DNA of 64,000 nt from NCBI GenBank assembly GCA_001600815.1, contig BCKZ01000016.1:113077-177076 (forward strand), in the 5' to 3' direction. This document shows, one piece after another, positions 11,498 through 23,611 of the stretch; the first letter of the stretch is position 1; the number at the start of each line of letters is the position of its first letter. The DNA comes from Alloascoidea hylecoeti. Its lineage: Eukaryota. The position numbers and the translations under genes were made by a program. Below the pieces are notes generated by a model that searched no databases, was not told the origin of the DNA, and worked only from the letters and a program-made list of their open reading frames with translations.

Positions 11498-12343
11498 AAA
11501 AATCTATAAGACTATCTATATAAATATCAATTATTTGCTTTGATGATTCTTTTGTTGCGATTTAAATACATGATCATGAAATTAGTGAGACTGTTATCGG
11601 CTATCGGCGCCAAGTTTCAATTGCAAAGAGGCACAAGGTTAGTTAGGAAGAAGGCGCTAAGAAATCATATAAAATCATTACATTTGTACATCAATATTCA
11701 ATCAAGTGCAAGTGACAAAACCAAGGTATGCTGGATGAGTTACACCAATTTTCATCGTGGTGAAACAATAATGCTATAGCTAAATAGTTATCCGAGCAAT
11801 TTTAAAAGATCGATAAACAATATCTAAAGATCTTGAGTAATCTAACCAATGCAGGAACTCCGAGCTTAAACGATAATGCTCTTAATCTAAATCTTAAAAA
11901 TACAAAGTAGATTATTGTCTGTGTAAGACTAAGATGTGTTTGGGTTTTTAATACAAGTGTTACATCTTCCCATATAACTTGCACGTAGGATTAGCCAAAA
12001 TTTTATTTATTTCATATTTTTTTTAGGGATAAATCTTCATAATCTAATTTTATATGTTTTGTCCTAAAAAACACTAATTAATGCGTATCAAGAAATTTCA
12101 ATATTTATAAGTGCAAATATCATATAACGTTAACAACTCCGTTTTTTTCTAATTTTTACAATATATAAAGAAAATCAATAAGAAATAGTGTAACATCGCT
12201 TAATTGATTATAATGAATATTAATGTCTATACAATCTAGCTAAGCTTTAAGAGAAATAGATATTAGAGTAACATAAGATATTACTAAGGTATATAGTGTA
12301 TTGTATAACAACAGTCTGTAAATTTGATATTCCTTACTTTTTA

Positions 12344-15227
12344 TCAGCTTCTGACACTACTAGTAGTTGAATTAGAATTAGAACTTCTACCAAGTGGATT
12401 ATGAATTTTAACTGGTGATGAAAGTACTAATTCCCAATCTTCAATATTTTTAACAGTTCCAAATGGTCTAAGTCTTCTTACTAAAACTCTATATTTACCA
12501 GTTGGTACATCTGTTCCATTTGCAAATGTAGCTATTCTAGCTGTATTTGGATCGCTACTCACACTTCTTGGAACATAACTTATAGGAAGTGGATAATCAC
12601 TAAGGTATGAATCCTCAGGTTCTGGGAAAGTTGTAATTGGTCCAAAATATTTATCATTATTCAAATTAGTTGGATATTGAAACTCTGATATTGTCCAGTT
12701 TGGATCAACAAGCTATAAAGTTTAAAATGTTAATATAATTTTAATTCCTAATAACTTAAATTTGTTACTTACATCAATAGATAGTTCTTTTGTTCCCCAT
12801 GGATTATAAATAGCAACGATTGGAGAATCACCAATGAGCAAATTATATTCATGATCAGGAACAGTTGCGATATCGTAATTGTCACAAGGGTCATCATCAG
12901 TATTTGGGCAAATATAAGCTTGAAATGTTGGAGCAAATTTAGTTCCCCAACTACGATCCTTTTTAGTATCGAATCCAATTCCTATAATCATAATAAAAAA
13001 TTAGTTTGAATCATTAGAATCAAAATTTTAATATGAAGAAACACTTACCAACATAAGGAACTGATACTGTTTCTTGATTACTACCAGTTATTTCAATCTT
13101 TCCTTGGAAAATAGGTCCAGTACCTGGGTCTACTGTTGGGGCTGTAAATGTAACATCTACTGAACCTTCTTGACCTGGGGAAAGAACGACAATTTGTTGC
13201 GAAAAGCCAACAGAAGCATAATCTTCTGATGTAATAGGATATTGACTAGATTGAAATGATCCATCTGGATTAAATATTGATACTGTTGAAAATGGCTGAT
13301 GATTAAAAAAGTAGGTAAAAGTATTATCTCCTGTATTTTTAAATTTAATAGTATGAGTAGAAACTCTATTAGCAGTATCATTAAGCTCTAAAGAAGGTTT
13401 TGAAGTAATGATTGTATTATAGTTAAACAGTTTCACAGCATCAACTAAACCACCACCCTGTTGAATAATAGGTGCTAGATGGCCTGTAATAATTTTTCCA
13501 TCAAACTCTGCAATATTGTTAGCAGTAGTAATGAATTTTGTTCTAAGATCAATAGCAGGAGATGTACCGAGTTTGTCTCTACCTCCTTTTGCACCAAAAT
13601 ATAAAGCAGCAACACCAGCAAGATAAGGGGTAGCCATACTCGTTCCACTAATAACAGCGTATTTATTTCCTCCAATCCATGTTGAATAAATATGTCCACC
13701 AGGAGCAGCAACAGTTGGATAATATTTATGTTCATAAGTACCACCCCATGTAGAAAATTCATCTAAATTACCAGCACCTTTAAGACTGCTTGTTATAGCA
13801 GATGGAGTATTTGGATCACCAAATGTAATAGAAACTTTATTTCCATTAGCAATTTGTGCATGTACCCAATTACCAACCTCTTCTTGTGTTAAACCAATAC
13901 CTTTGAAACTAGTATAGACAAAACCAGGATAATTGACAAAAGGTTTTCCAGATTTTGCAGTATTAGATAAAAATACATATTGAAAGGGACGATTAGCATT
14001 ATCATGCAATCTGTTCAACACGGTGTATTGATAACCATTAGCACAGGTTCCCCTATCTGCAAAGATAACTGAACTATTAGCACTAAATTCAGTTTTAGCA
14101 TCTAGTTTACAACTATCTGCTGTTGTAACTGAAACATCATAAGTACCAGTAGCATTCCATGAAGTACGGGCACCACTGCTTAAGTATGAAAAATCTATAG
14201 TTTCACCAGATGATGATATAAACCTTGCATCCCATGAAATAAGTTGTGATGCTTCAGTTGAAGCAACAGCTGTAACATACTCACCAGAAGCGCCATTAGA
14301 AGGATAGTAAGGACCATTATAACCAGAATTACCAGCTGCAATTGCAACAAAAACTCCATTTTCAGCAATTCTTGAAGATAATTTAGCCCATGGGAAATCA
14401 GACCAACCTCCAGCACCACCAATTGAGCATGAAATAATATCATTACCGTCACTATAAGCCCTCTCAAAAGCAGCTAAAAGAACATCGGTACTTGTACCAT
14501 CTTTACATCCAAAAACTTTATATGATCTAAAAGTTGCATTTGGTGCAACACCATACCAGCCTGGTGCAACAGCACCAAGAATACCAGCAACGTGGGTTCC
14601 ATGACCTTGACAATCCATTGGATCATTATCAGGATGAAGAGTAGCATCTCCATCTAAATTCCATTTCTTACCAACGAGATCAACACCAAATTCAAATTTG
14701 TATCCTTTACCAATTCCTCCACCAAGAGCTGGATGAGTATAATCAACACCAGTATCAACGATACCAATTTTAACATCTTTACCAAAGATTCCCTTGTTAT
14801 GAAGAGAATCAACACCAGTTGTTAAATGAGGATTCCATCCCTGATGATCTGAAAATTCAGGAGTTGTATAATTTAAATAGTGTAATTGTACCTTCCAAAC
14901 ATTCTTGACATCATCTAATTTTTGAATCTCTTCGATTGTTGTATTACTTAAAATAGATAATGTAGTACCTTGAAAAATATCACTTGTAAGATTATAATTG
15001 GCAGTTGCATTAATTCCAACATCTGCTAATGTTTGATAAAAAGCATGAGCAGCATCACCAACATCTGATCTTTTTGATAAAGAACCGGAATTTTCATATT
15101 CAATAATATATTTATTTGGTATATAATGTTTATTTGTTGAGTCTGATTCTGATGAGACAAGTTTTGGAAATAGAGAAATTGCAATAGCACCCAATTGTAA
15201 TGAGCGACTAAAATCTAATAACACCAT
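12344..15227 (-). CDS. Secreted subtilisin (S8A) with prodomain, PA insert and Fn3-like C-terminal domain, 3 exons (15227-13049, 12981-12773, 12712-12344)
   Basis: Catalytic triad motifs IVDTG, GHGTHVAG and SGTSMATP; AAGNSG, DRGTC (PA) and QGGGLVDA. Two short GTAAGT..AG introns (67 and 60 nt) join three ORF-track fragments in frame. Confidence 0.92.
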
Positions 15228-16416
15228 AACGAATATCACAATAATATAATATTATGAATGATGATTCAGATTTAAATGATAAGAAAGATAAAGAACTTCA
15301 TCATTATTTATGTATCTCCATAGTTGACAAAAATTAAAGTTGTGGATAAGCTCCCACCTCAATCGAATGAACTTGAATGCGTTCAAACATGAGCAAATAT
15401 ACGTAAGATTTTGGTAAATGCCGTTTATATAAGGCCTATACAAAAATATTAAAAATACAACCTCTTGGAAATCTTAATATCTGATAAATATACAATAGAA
15501 TAATATGGGGTTCATGTCTCTCAATGCCATAACATTGTTACGAAAACACAAAAATATACAGTATATGATGTTTTTGGTTATAAATAATTGACTTTTAATT
15601 GTTTAGATCCACTCTGTTTTCTTTGTAGTCTCAATTTGTTTATAGTTGCTAATAAAGTATATCTAATTCTCAATTAGCTGGGTTAAATACGCGTATTAAA
15701 ACTGGAATAATTGTTGTATATTGTACTACCATTCTTAATCAAAGTTTCGAGGAATTCACTTAAACTTTAAATACATCGACAGTGACATTTTTCGCAATGC
15801 GGCCTCCAACTAGCATATATTTATAGTATAGAGAAAAGTAAATTAAACTATTGTGAATTAGGCCGCGCATCGCCTAAAATTTAGGGGTCTATCACGCTCG
15901 AAGGCCAAATGGGAGGGGCACGGTTCATCGAGTTTTTGTATTAGGACCGGAAAAATACTTGGCATGAGCTCGGAATGAATTCAAGGAATTGAGTCGAATA
16001 CGGATTGACCACACCCATTTTAGTTTTCTTCTATCCTATTATTTGGTTAATTAATTTATAATCTTTATTAACCTCGATATCAGCTACACCATTATAGCCA
16101 TGACCGACACCGACACTTATTTCAATTTCTTAATCTAACTTGAAGCTTTAATCTGACACTATGACTGTAATAAGACCTGGATATTATACCTGTACAATTG
16201 AATATACTTGAGGTCTATTAATCTTTTAAAACTACAATTAATATTGTTGACGACAAGCTTGAAAGTTTGAACAATCAACATATAGATTTAGGGCAGTTTA
16301 TGTAATATTAATTATAAGATTAATTCAAATGTCATATTATAAAGTAAAGATGAATATACGTAAATATAACCCTATGGTAATAAACATTTAAGCATATGTA
16401 TAAAGGCAACCATAAC

Positions 16417-16558
16417 TATAAGGTAGTTCACATTGATTCCGTGATCCACACATGAGATAATTGGCGGGAAAGGTTGGCAGAATGTGAAATTAACACCCTC
16501 AAAAGAAAGGTTTCACGAACCATGTGTGGATCACGGAATCAATGTGAACTACCTTATA
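16417..16558. mobile_element. Young MITE (~140 bp) with perfect long terminal inverted repeats and TA flanks
   Basis: 16417-16454 TATAAGGTAGTTCACATTGATTCCGTGATCCACACATG is the exact reverse complement of 16521-16558; 66-bp spacer. Confidence 0.75.
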
Positions 16559-16929
16559 TTATTGTGGCAAATCTTAATATCCGGATCCACTAGTCTTGTG
16601 TTTCTTTTTTATGGGCCTACGGTATATGATTCTTAAATTTAAACAATAATAATATTGCAACATGTGTCCATGTTTATGTTACAACATTCTATACCAAGAA
16701 TGGCAAATCTGATTCTGATCTAATAGTTGAGTTAACGTTATGAAGAATGAATTATGTGCTATTTATAAATGAGTACCAGAAGAGGAAGCATATGCAGTCG
16801 AAATACAGGGATCTTATAAAATATAAGGCTACACTTATACCATCTACGTATGCGTGCATGCATATATCCGAGTAGTTGACAGTTATTATACCGGTTTTGA
16901 ACTATTATCTCCCATTTCAGAGACTCAGC

Positions 16930-17458
16930 CACAAGAACACACATATTTGTTTCACAAATAAGTTACTACTTATATGTCAGGTACATGATATAATTACCCA
17001 GAATCTTTTTGGTATAATACTCTTTAACCCAGCTGATAGATTGGTTATCTGATTGGCTGAAATAGTTGTAGTATTTCAATTTTCAATAGAAAAAAGAGAA
17101 ATCTAAAAAAATATGTAATATAATTAATAATTATCCATATGGTAATTTATTGAATTCAATAAATTCAAATGAATCTTGATAAAAAGCTTATATTACTTGA
17201 TCACTTTTGTTATATTTTTTATTATTAATTTGATATGTTGGGATAGTGTGTTTTATGAATACCTTGTAATAGGCTTGTATAATTATATTTAAAACAATGT
17301 CTAATTCTAGGGGATTGATATAAATATATAAGTATATCGTTATTGCAATTTTTTACACATCCATAATTTGATCGTGTTAAGCCAATATTAATATTACAGA
17401 TAGAAATCCTTTCAACATGAAGTTCGGCAATTCATTATATTTAAACATAAGCTCTTAA
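16930..17458 (+). pseudogene. Duplicated promoter and truncated 5' end of the GPI-protein gene at 19175
   Basis: 17417 ATG..TAA 17458 reads MKFGNSLYLNISS* versus MKFSDSLYLNLL. Upstream blocks (ACATCCATAATTTGATCGTGTTAA, CTGATAGATTG..ATTGGCTGAA) match 18740-19205. Confidence 0.75.
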
Positions 17459-17459
17459 A

Positions 17460-17998
17460 CTAGTACCCATTAGCAGCCATCTTATTTAAATCATTTGTAA
17501 TTTATCTCCAATAACCTTCTAAGACGTCATTAATACCAACATCTTTTGCAAGCTTTGTTGATTCAGAAGCGAAAACCTGTAATCGGTCAACCATTTCATT
17601 GATTGTTATTTTTGAAGCTTCTATATATATTCTTGAGAAACAGCAGCTGAGAAGTACTTAATGTGTTAAATTTAAAACCTTTGCATTAACATTTTCTGCT
17701 ATTTGTTTTTTCTGCTATTTGTTTTTTCTGCTATTTGTTTTTTCTGCTTGACCACCTAAATCATCATTTACCATATACCAACAGCTTGAGCTAAAGTAGT
17801 TACTGCAGTCGCAAAAATTCGTAATTTATCATGATCAAGCATATCATTTAGTTCTAATTGAACTTGTAGTAATAAAATTTTTTCCAAAATTAAATTCATA
17901 TTTTCTGCAATTTTTGTAAAATATCCATCGGTCATAATATCCATAAAATTTGACCAATTAAAAGTGTTGATTGACGCAGAGCAGATATTAATATTCAA
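17460..17998 (-). pseudogene. Decayed gene encoding a repeated helical module (copy 1)
   Basis: Reads ..LNDMLDHDKLRIFATAVTTLAQAVGI.. and ..INEMVDRLQVFASESTKLAKDVGINDVLEGYWR*.., with stops and frameshifts. Confidence 0.55.
17692..17748. repeat. 16-bp tandem repeat, ~3.5 copies (CTGCTATTTGTTTTTT)
   Basis: Units start at 17696, 17712, 17728 and 17744. Confidence 0.9.
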
Positions 17999-18024
17999 AT
18001 TAATGGATTAGATTTATTGAGGCG

Positions 18025-18679
18025 GCCGGGTCAAAATTAAACTTGCGCTTTACTTTCGTGTTACCACTTCTCATAAAAATGGCAAGATTATAACCACTTA
18101 CTGAATATTCTACAAGGCCTTAAGATGTTCTGAAAATAGTTCACAATTTTCTGTAATTTCTAGATATTATTTTAGTCTATGTGATATGACATTTTATGAC
18201 TCATAATTAATATTATGGTCCTTAATGTTTTACACAACTACCACTCTACGAGGCATGGAGTATTAGGATTTCCAACTACCCTTAACAATACAGCATGACC
18301 ACTTTTCCAATTTCAGCCGATACCATAAGCCGATACCATAAGCCGATACCATAAGACTTGCAGGCCCATACTTTGCAATAGCGCTGTGTTGTAATATTTT
18401 TTGGTTTAAAGGCCTGACCTGACTTTCGTATTGTCACATACTTTCCCCGGGATCCTGTAGCGATTTAACAGTTGTTATTGAATACTGTAAGCTTGCAACA
18501 CCGTACTAATGTCATGGGACCATTTCAGTATCTTGAGACCATATCATTTGGTTCATTTGGTTCTTCGCATTCAAAAACGGCCTTTTGTATGTCGAGGATA
18601 TTCCATATTCATGATTTTTTAGAACGATTTTAGGGTGGGTCTTTAGAGTGTTACCCGAAAGAGAAGCGCCAGACTCGGT
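18025..18679. mobile_element. Non-autonomous TIR element, family A copy 1
   Basis: Left end GCCGGGTCAAAATTAAACTTGCGCTTTACTTTCGTGTTACCAC is partly mirrored at 18648-18679. ATAAAAATGGCAAGATTATAAC and other interior blocks are shared with the copies at 27.9, 34.8 and 36.1 kb. Confidence 0.6.
18315..18353. repeat. 13-bp tandem repeat x3 (AGCCGATACCATA)
   Basis: Three exact copies inside the TIR element. Confidence 0.92.
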
Positions 18680-19174
18680 TTGTGTTATTGTAATTATAAA
18701 GGGTTAAAATTGTTAAATCATGGCATGCAGATTTAGCCTCCGGATAACACATATCAACGTCACATATAAGTTGTTGCACATATGGTATCAGACCCACGAT
18801 ATAGCTACTTAGAAGCTTTTTGATATATAACGGCCCTTAGCTCAACTGATAGATTGATATCTAATTGGCTGAACTACGAGTTCCATAGAAGCATATGCAC
18901 CGTGCAGCGTAATCGTTCATGCAGCGACTCTATAAATGGAAGTAAATCTTAGTAAAAAGCTTAATTATTATTACTTCATCACTTTTTATATTTCTTGTTA
19001 TTAATTGAATATCTTGTGATTGTGAATTTTGTGTAAAATTTAAAACTATCTCAATTTTAACGGCTATATAAATATATCGCAATTGCAATTGTTTTTTTTT
19101 TTTTTTTCATACATCCATAATTTGATCGTGTTAAATCAATATTAATATTACTATATTATAGGAAGTCTCTCATC

Positions 19175-19714
19175 ATGAAGTTCAGTGATTCATTATATTT
19201 AAATTTGCTTACTCTATTAATGTTTAACATTTCAAGTGCTAAAACCGGTTATGCCAAAAATGTTCCGTTTTATGAACGCGTTTTCACTTCTGATGGCGAT
19301 CTTTTTACTACATATGATGAGCTCACCTATGGCGATTTTTTTACTTCCGAGCATGAAGATGAATATTCCTCTACATATGATGAGCTCACCTCATACGATC
19401 AATCCACTTTTTATGGTGATTTTTTTACTTCCGAGCATGAAGATGAATATTCCTCTACATATGATGAGCTCACCTCATACGATCAATCCACTTCTTACGA
19501 TGAAATTGTCACTTCTCACGATCCACTTTTCACTCCTTACTATAAAGCCACTTCCACATTACATCACTCTTCAAGTAAATCAGCATCAAAATCAGGTAAT
19601 GCTACTAATTCTTCAAGTAAGGGGCTGGGAAATCAAGTTAATGTTAAGGGTTCATTTTTGTGGACTATTTCTCCATTTCCAGTTGTTTTATCGATTGTAT
19701 TGGTCTTTTTATAA
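19175..19714 (+). CDS. Small predicted GPI-anchored cell-surface protein with acidic Tyr/Thr/Ser repeats
   Basis: Signal-peptide-like N-terminus, 84-bp (28-aa) near-exact repeat at 19328/19412, Ser-rich stalk, and an omega-like SSKG/GN region followed by a hydrophobic tail. Confidence 0.72.
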   Translation: MKFSDSLYLNLLTLLMFNISSAKTGYAKNVPFYERVFTSDGDLFTTYDELTYGDFFTSEHEDEYSSTYDELTSYDQSTFYGDFFTSEHEDEYSSTYDELTSYDQSTSYDEIVTSHDPLFTPYYKATSTLHHSSSKSASKSGNATNSSSKGLGNQVNVKGSFLWTISPFPVVLSIVLVFL

Positions 19715-20459
19715 TTACTATGGTGACCACATATGAATTTAAGCCTAGAACCTTTAATGCTTTAATTACAATCTACCTTTAAAAAACCTTGCAATTGTTG
19801 GGAGATATGGCTTTTTGGCACAACTGGTTATTTAGCGAGTTTGGAGTTTTCTCCTGAAATATTGTAATTGAGATTTAGTTAAGTTACTGAAATGAAGCAA
19901 ATAAGATTTAAATAACATTAATGTAACCGCCGTGATTATACATGTACACCATCTATTGCCTAGCTACACAATAGTACACATAGTACTTGGACAACTACTA
20001 CCGGTAGTGTTCGGACACCAAAAATTGTTACATTGTAACCACGAATCGCAAAACCAGCAACAAAAGTAAATTATTGAAAATAGTGTTGGTATCACCCTTA
20101 GAACAGTTCACAAGAAGTCGATTGGCTTTTTAGCGTAACTGGGAGAAACAGGCATTTAGAACTTTATAGTATCACTAAAATATAATTAATTCCATGATTC
20201 TGATAATATTTGCTCAATATTTTCTTTTTGTGAGTTTTGCTGTGATTTTTGATTTGTGAAATAGACACTGCTATTTTATTTAATAATAACCATAACCTTT
20301 TGAAGTGAATTTTATTGAATTACCAACTAAATGAATCTTCAATTATAATATCAATTGAGAGAAATGAATTATCAATATTAAACATTAAATTTAACTCCTT
20401 TTCAGATGTTTTCATTGATAAAATTTTCAAAGCACAAAATATAATCTTTAAGATTGGCT

Positions 20460-20880
20460 TATCTGACTAAATCATCATTTATACCAGCAGCTTGAACTAA
20501 AGTGTAGTTACTTCGGTTGCGAAAATTCGTAATTTGTCAAGCATTTTATTAATTGGTATTTTAAATTCTGATATTCCTCTTGAACTCTCGGTGGTTATTT
20601 GTAACTTCAAATTTAAATGTCAAGGTTCCTTATATATCAACCATTTATTTTATTGTTAATTGAACTATTGATAATAACGTTCGACCAAAATTCAAATCCA
20701 CATTTTTAGTACTATTTAACGGTTTAATGAATTGATTACCATAGCAATACTTACAGTTAAATTCATGTTCTCTGTAATTAAATCTATTAATCCAAATTAA
20801 TGCGAATGAAATTTGGCCAAGGATATGAAGTGTTAATTGGCACATAACACATAGAATGTCATAGATATTAACATTCTAAT
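20460..20880 (-). pseudogene. Decayed gene encoding the repeated helical module (copy 2)
   Basis: INKMLDKLRIFATEVTT/LVQAAGINDDL with a frameshift. DNA at 20481-20545 and 20758-20905 matches 17775-17842 and 17890-18020. Confidence 0.55.
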
Positions 20881-21128
20881 TATAAGTTAATTAATGGATT
20901 AATTGAGATAGAATAATTCATACAGAATCAAAAACAATAATAAATTTGTAGAATGCAAAGTATTGGTTTCTTTACACCTGAACAACTACATTGATCAATT
21001 TATAATATGAAGCTACAAGTTAAATATTATAGTGGTTCAAATGTGACAATTGAGAATAGGAATGGAGTGTAAAGTGTATTAATAGATTAAGAATGAGTAT
21101 CGTCATTGAGGTACATATATATTTATAC

Positions 21129-21954
21129 TTAAGCTTCTTCATTAATAACACCTTTTGCAGAAACGTAGATACCATCTAAAAATTTACGGATATCTTTATT
21201 TCTTACACGGGTAATTTGTTGAATATCAGCACAGTTTTGGGAAACATCTTCAACTGAGTTACCACTAAGAACAATTTCATCCTTTTGAGTAGTTGAAATT
21301 TCAACATCAACACCAGGTGTAATCTTAACATGTCTAACTCTCTTTTCACCCAAGAAATTTCTAATTTCAACAACTTTTCCTTCTGATTCATCAAGGATAT
21401 TGACATTGATTGGGAAATGGGCATATACATATCTCATTTTGTATTTATAACCCTTTGTAACACCAGTAATCATATTAGAGATTAAAGATTTAACGGTTCT
21501 TAAAGCAGCAACGTGCTTTCTGTCACCGTGGTGGACGAAAAGTTTGATTTGTTTCTCACTGACTTTTCGGAATGTAACATCAACATGACGAATGACCTTG
21601 TTTAAAACACCTCTTGGTCCTTTGACAGTAATGTCTCTGGCTCTGATTTGGACGGTGACTAAATATACGTTAGTTTCAACTTTCACTTTCCGAATAAAAC
21701 ATGAATCGGATATGGGAGATGATGATGTGACTTCAAACACAGCAGATGAGAATAATGGGTATGATTTTTTTTGGTTGTTCGTTCAATCGCAATTAATCTT
21801 CAATCTCAATTTTCATTCTAATATTTCCATTAACACTATTATTATCATTGTTGTATAATCCACACATCACCAACTATCGATATTAAGTATTGAGCAGAAA
21901 CAACATACCTCCTTCTGGGATCTCAAGGACCTGTTCTGTCTGGATGTGTTTCAT
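21129..21954 (-). CDS. RPL9: 60S ribosomal protein uL6/L9, 2 exons (21954-21909, 21658-21129)
   Basis: [48 protein letters not shown] donor and AACTAAC branch. Confidence 0.97.
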
Positions 21955-22240
21955 TGTTGTTGTTCCGTTGTACTTGGTGTAGATTCTTCACGTATCTCAA
22001 AATCCACACAAGTTTCAATGTGTGCTGAGATATACACACAAAGCCGTCACACAATTGTAGGGCCAGACCCTAATACTGCATATATGCAACTCCACTGACG
22101 GACATATGCGCAGCCAATGAGAAGAGTTGCCATTACACCTGCAGGTCTTCAAGATCCATTAGTTAGAAGTTATAGTGGGACAAAACCAAAACCTCTTTTT
22201 TCAGTTAACCACCAATTGCAAACAACGAATCGGAAAGGAA

Positions 22241-23014
22241 ATGTTCCGCAAATCTCTCATATCTTTGACCGCAAAACGGGCTTTTTCACAATCAGCTAGA
22301 CTCAGGGCTGCCACGGTCACTGCTACTACTGGTCCATCACCTGGCTTCTCTGTGTTTTCTGAAGCTCTGGAGAAAGACATTCGTACAAGAATTGATAATC
22401 TGCCCGGCGCTGGTAAGATTTTCCAGAACCCTGATGGCACTCCAAGGACACCAACTGATTATGAATTACAAGAGGTTGCTGCGTTGGGATTGTTGCCAAA
22501 GAGACGTTTTTCATTGATCGATTATTTCAAATTAAGTACTTCTCAGTATGAATTATTACTTGATAACATGACAGATCTAAAAGATTACATCGACCAAGGC
22601 AAAGTTGTGTTGGATAAAATTCCATATGAAGATCCTAAAACTGGAGAAATTAAATGGAGTGTTATTCGTGAAGAATCAAATGAAGGTTGGGAAAAAATCA
22701 TGTACTATGGTTTCGTCCCAGCTCTTATTTTAATGGGTGTTGTAGGTATATCAAAGAAAGATGACAATATTAAACAATGGGCTATAGATGAATTAAGATT
22801 AAGAGCAAATGAAAGATATGAAGGTGCAGCAGCTGCTGAAATTGATGCTCAACCTAGAACTCCAGAAGAACAAAAGGCAAGAGATGAATTAGTTGTTGAA
22901 AGAATCTTAAGCGGTGAATATGATAATTTGGCTGGATTAATGAAGAATAGACTAAAAGCTGAAGCTTTACTTGAGACAAAGAAATCAGAAGCTGCTGCTA
23001 ATGCCTCTGAGTAA
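22241..23014 (+). CDS. Complex I accessory subunit of the NDUFB11/ESSS (NESM) family
   Basis: Mitochondrial presequence MFRKSLISLTAKRAFSQSARLR; EGWEKIMYYG-TM-KKDDNIKQWAIDELRLR signature. Confidence 0.72.
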   Translation: MFRKSLISLTAKRAFSQSARLRAATVTATTGPSPGFSVFSEALEKDIRTRIDNLPGAGKIFQNPDGTPRTPTDYELQEVAALGLLPKRRFSLIDYFKLSTSQYELLLDNMTDLKDYIDQGKVVLDKIPYEDPKTGEIKWSVIREESNEGWEKIMYYGFVPALILMGVVGISKKDDNIKQWAIDELRLRANERYEGAAAAEIDAQPRTPEEQKARDELVVERILSGEYDNLAGLMKNRLKAEALLETKKSEAAANASE

Positions 23015-23611
23015 GTCTTCTAAAACAAATCATTTATTATATTAACTTTAGTACAAGCTCAAGATTATAGCTTTTACTTTATGGATCTGAAAATATATCT
23101 GCATTATATGTCATATCATTCTCTACGGTGTTATCTCGACAATTGAATAGGAGTAATATAGAGTAATTTATCATTGAATTTTATTCAATTTTCTAGGGCA
23201 ATATTAATATATACTATTCTAATTGAAATAAATTAAAGAAAGTATTTAACATAATATTGTTCATCACGTTTTTATCTATCCTCATGTAAATCATTTCTTT
23301 TCAATATATAGGAGAGTATACACTTTTAAAGATACGTTATAATTATACATAGATTAAGTATACAATATAAGCTTATATTAATAAGCCAATTATAATTAGG
23401 TATATTAGTGGTGTAACTACAATTGCAAATATAAAAAGATAAATGATGACGAAAACAATTGAAAGCATATATAATTATAAAGAAATGAAGTCTAAGCCAA
23501 GTGTCCCACTATAACATAACAAAACAAAACAAAACATATCGTATAACAATTAAATCTCAAAATTGTGTTACTTATCGTCCTAAGCTTATATTTGGTTCAA
23601 ATATATTGTTA

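Noticed and set aside
19236..19736. 166-aa overlapping ORF in an alternative frame of the GPI gene
   Set aside because: By-product of the repeats; it starts at a non-ATG codon and has no plausible protein features.
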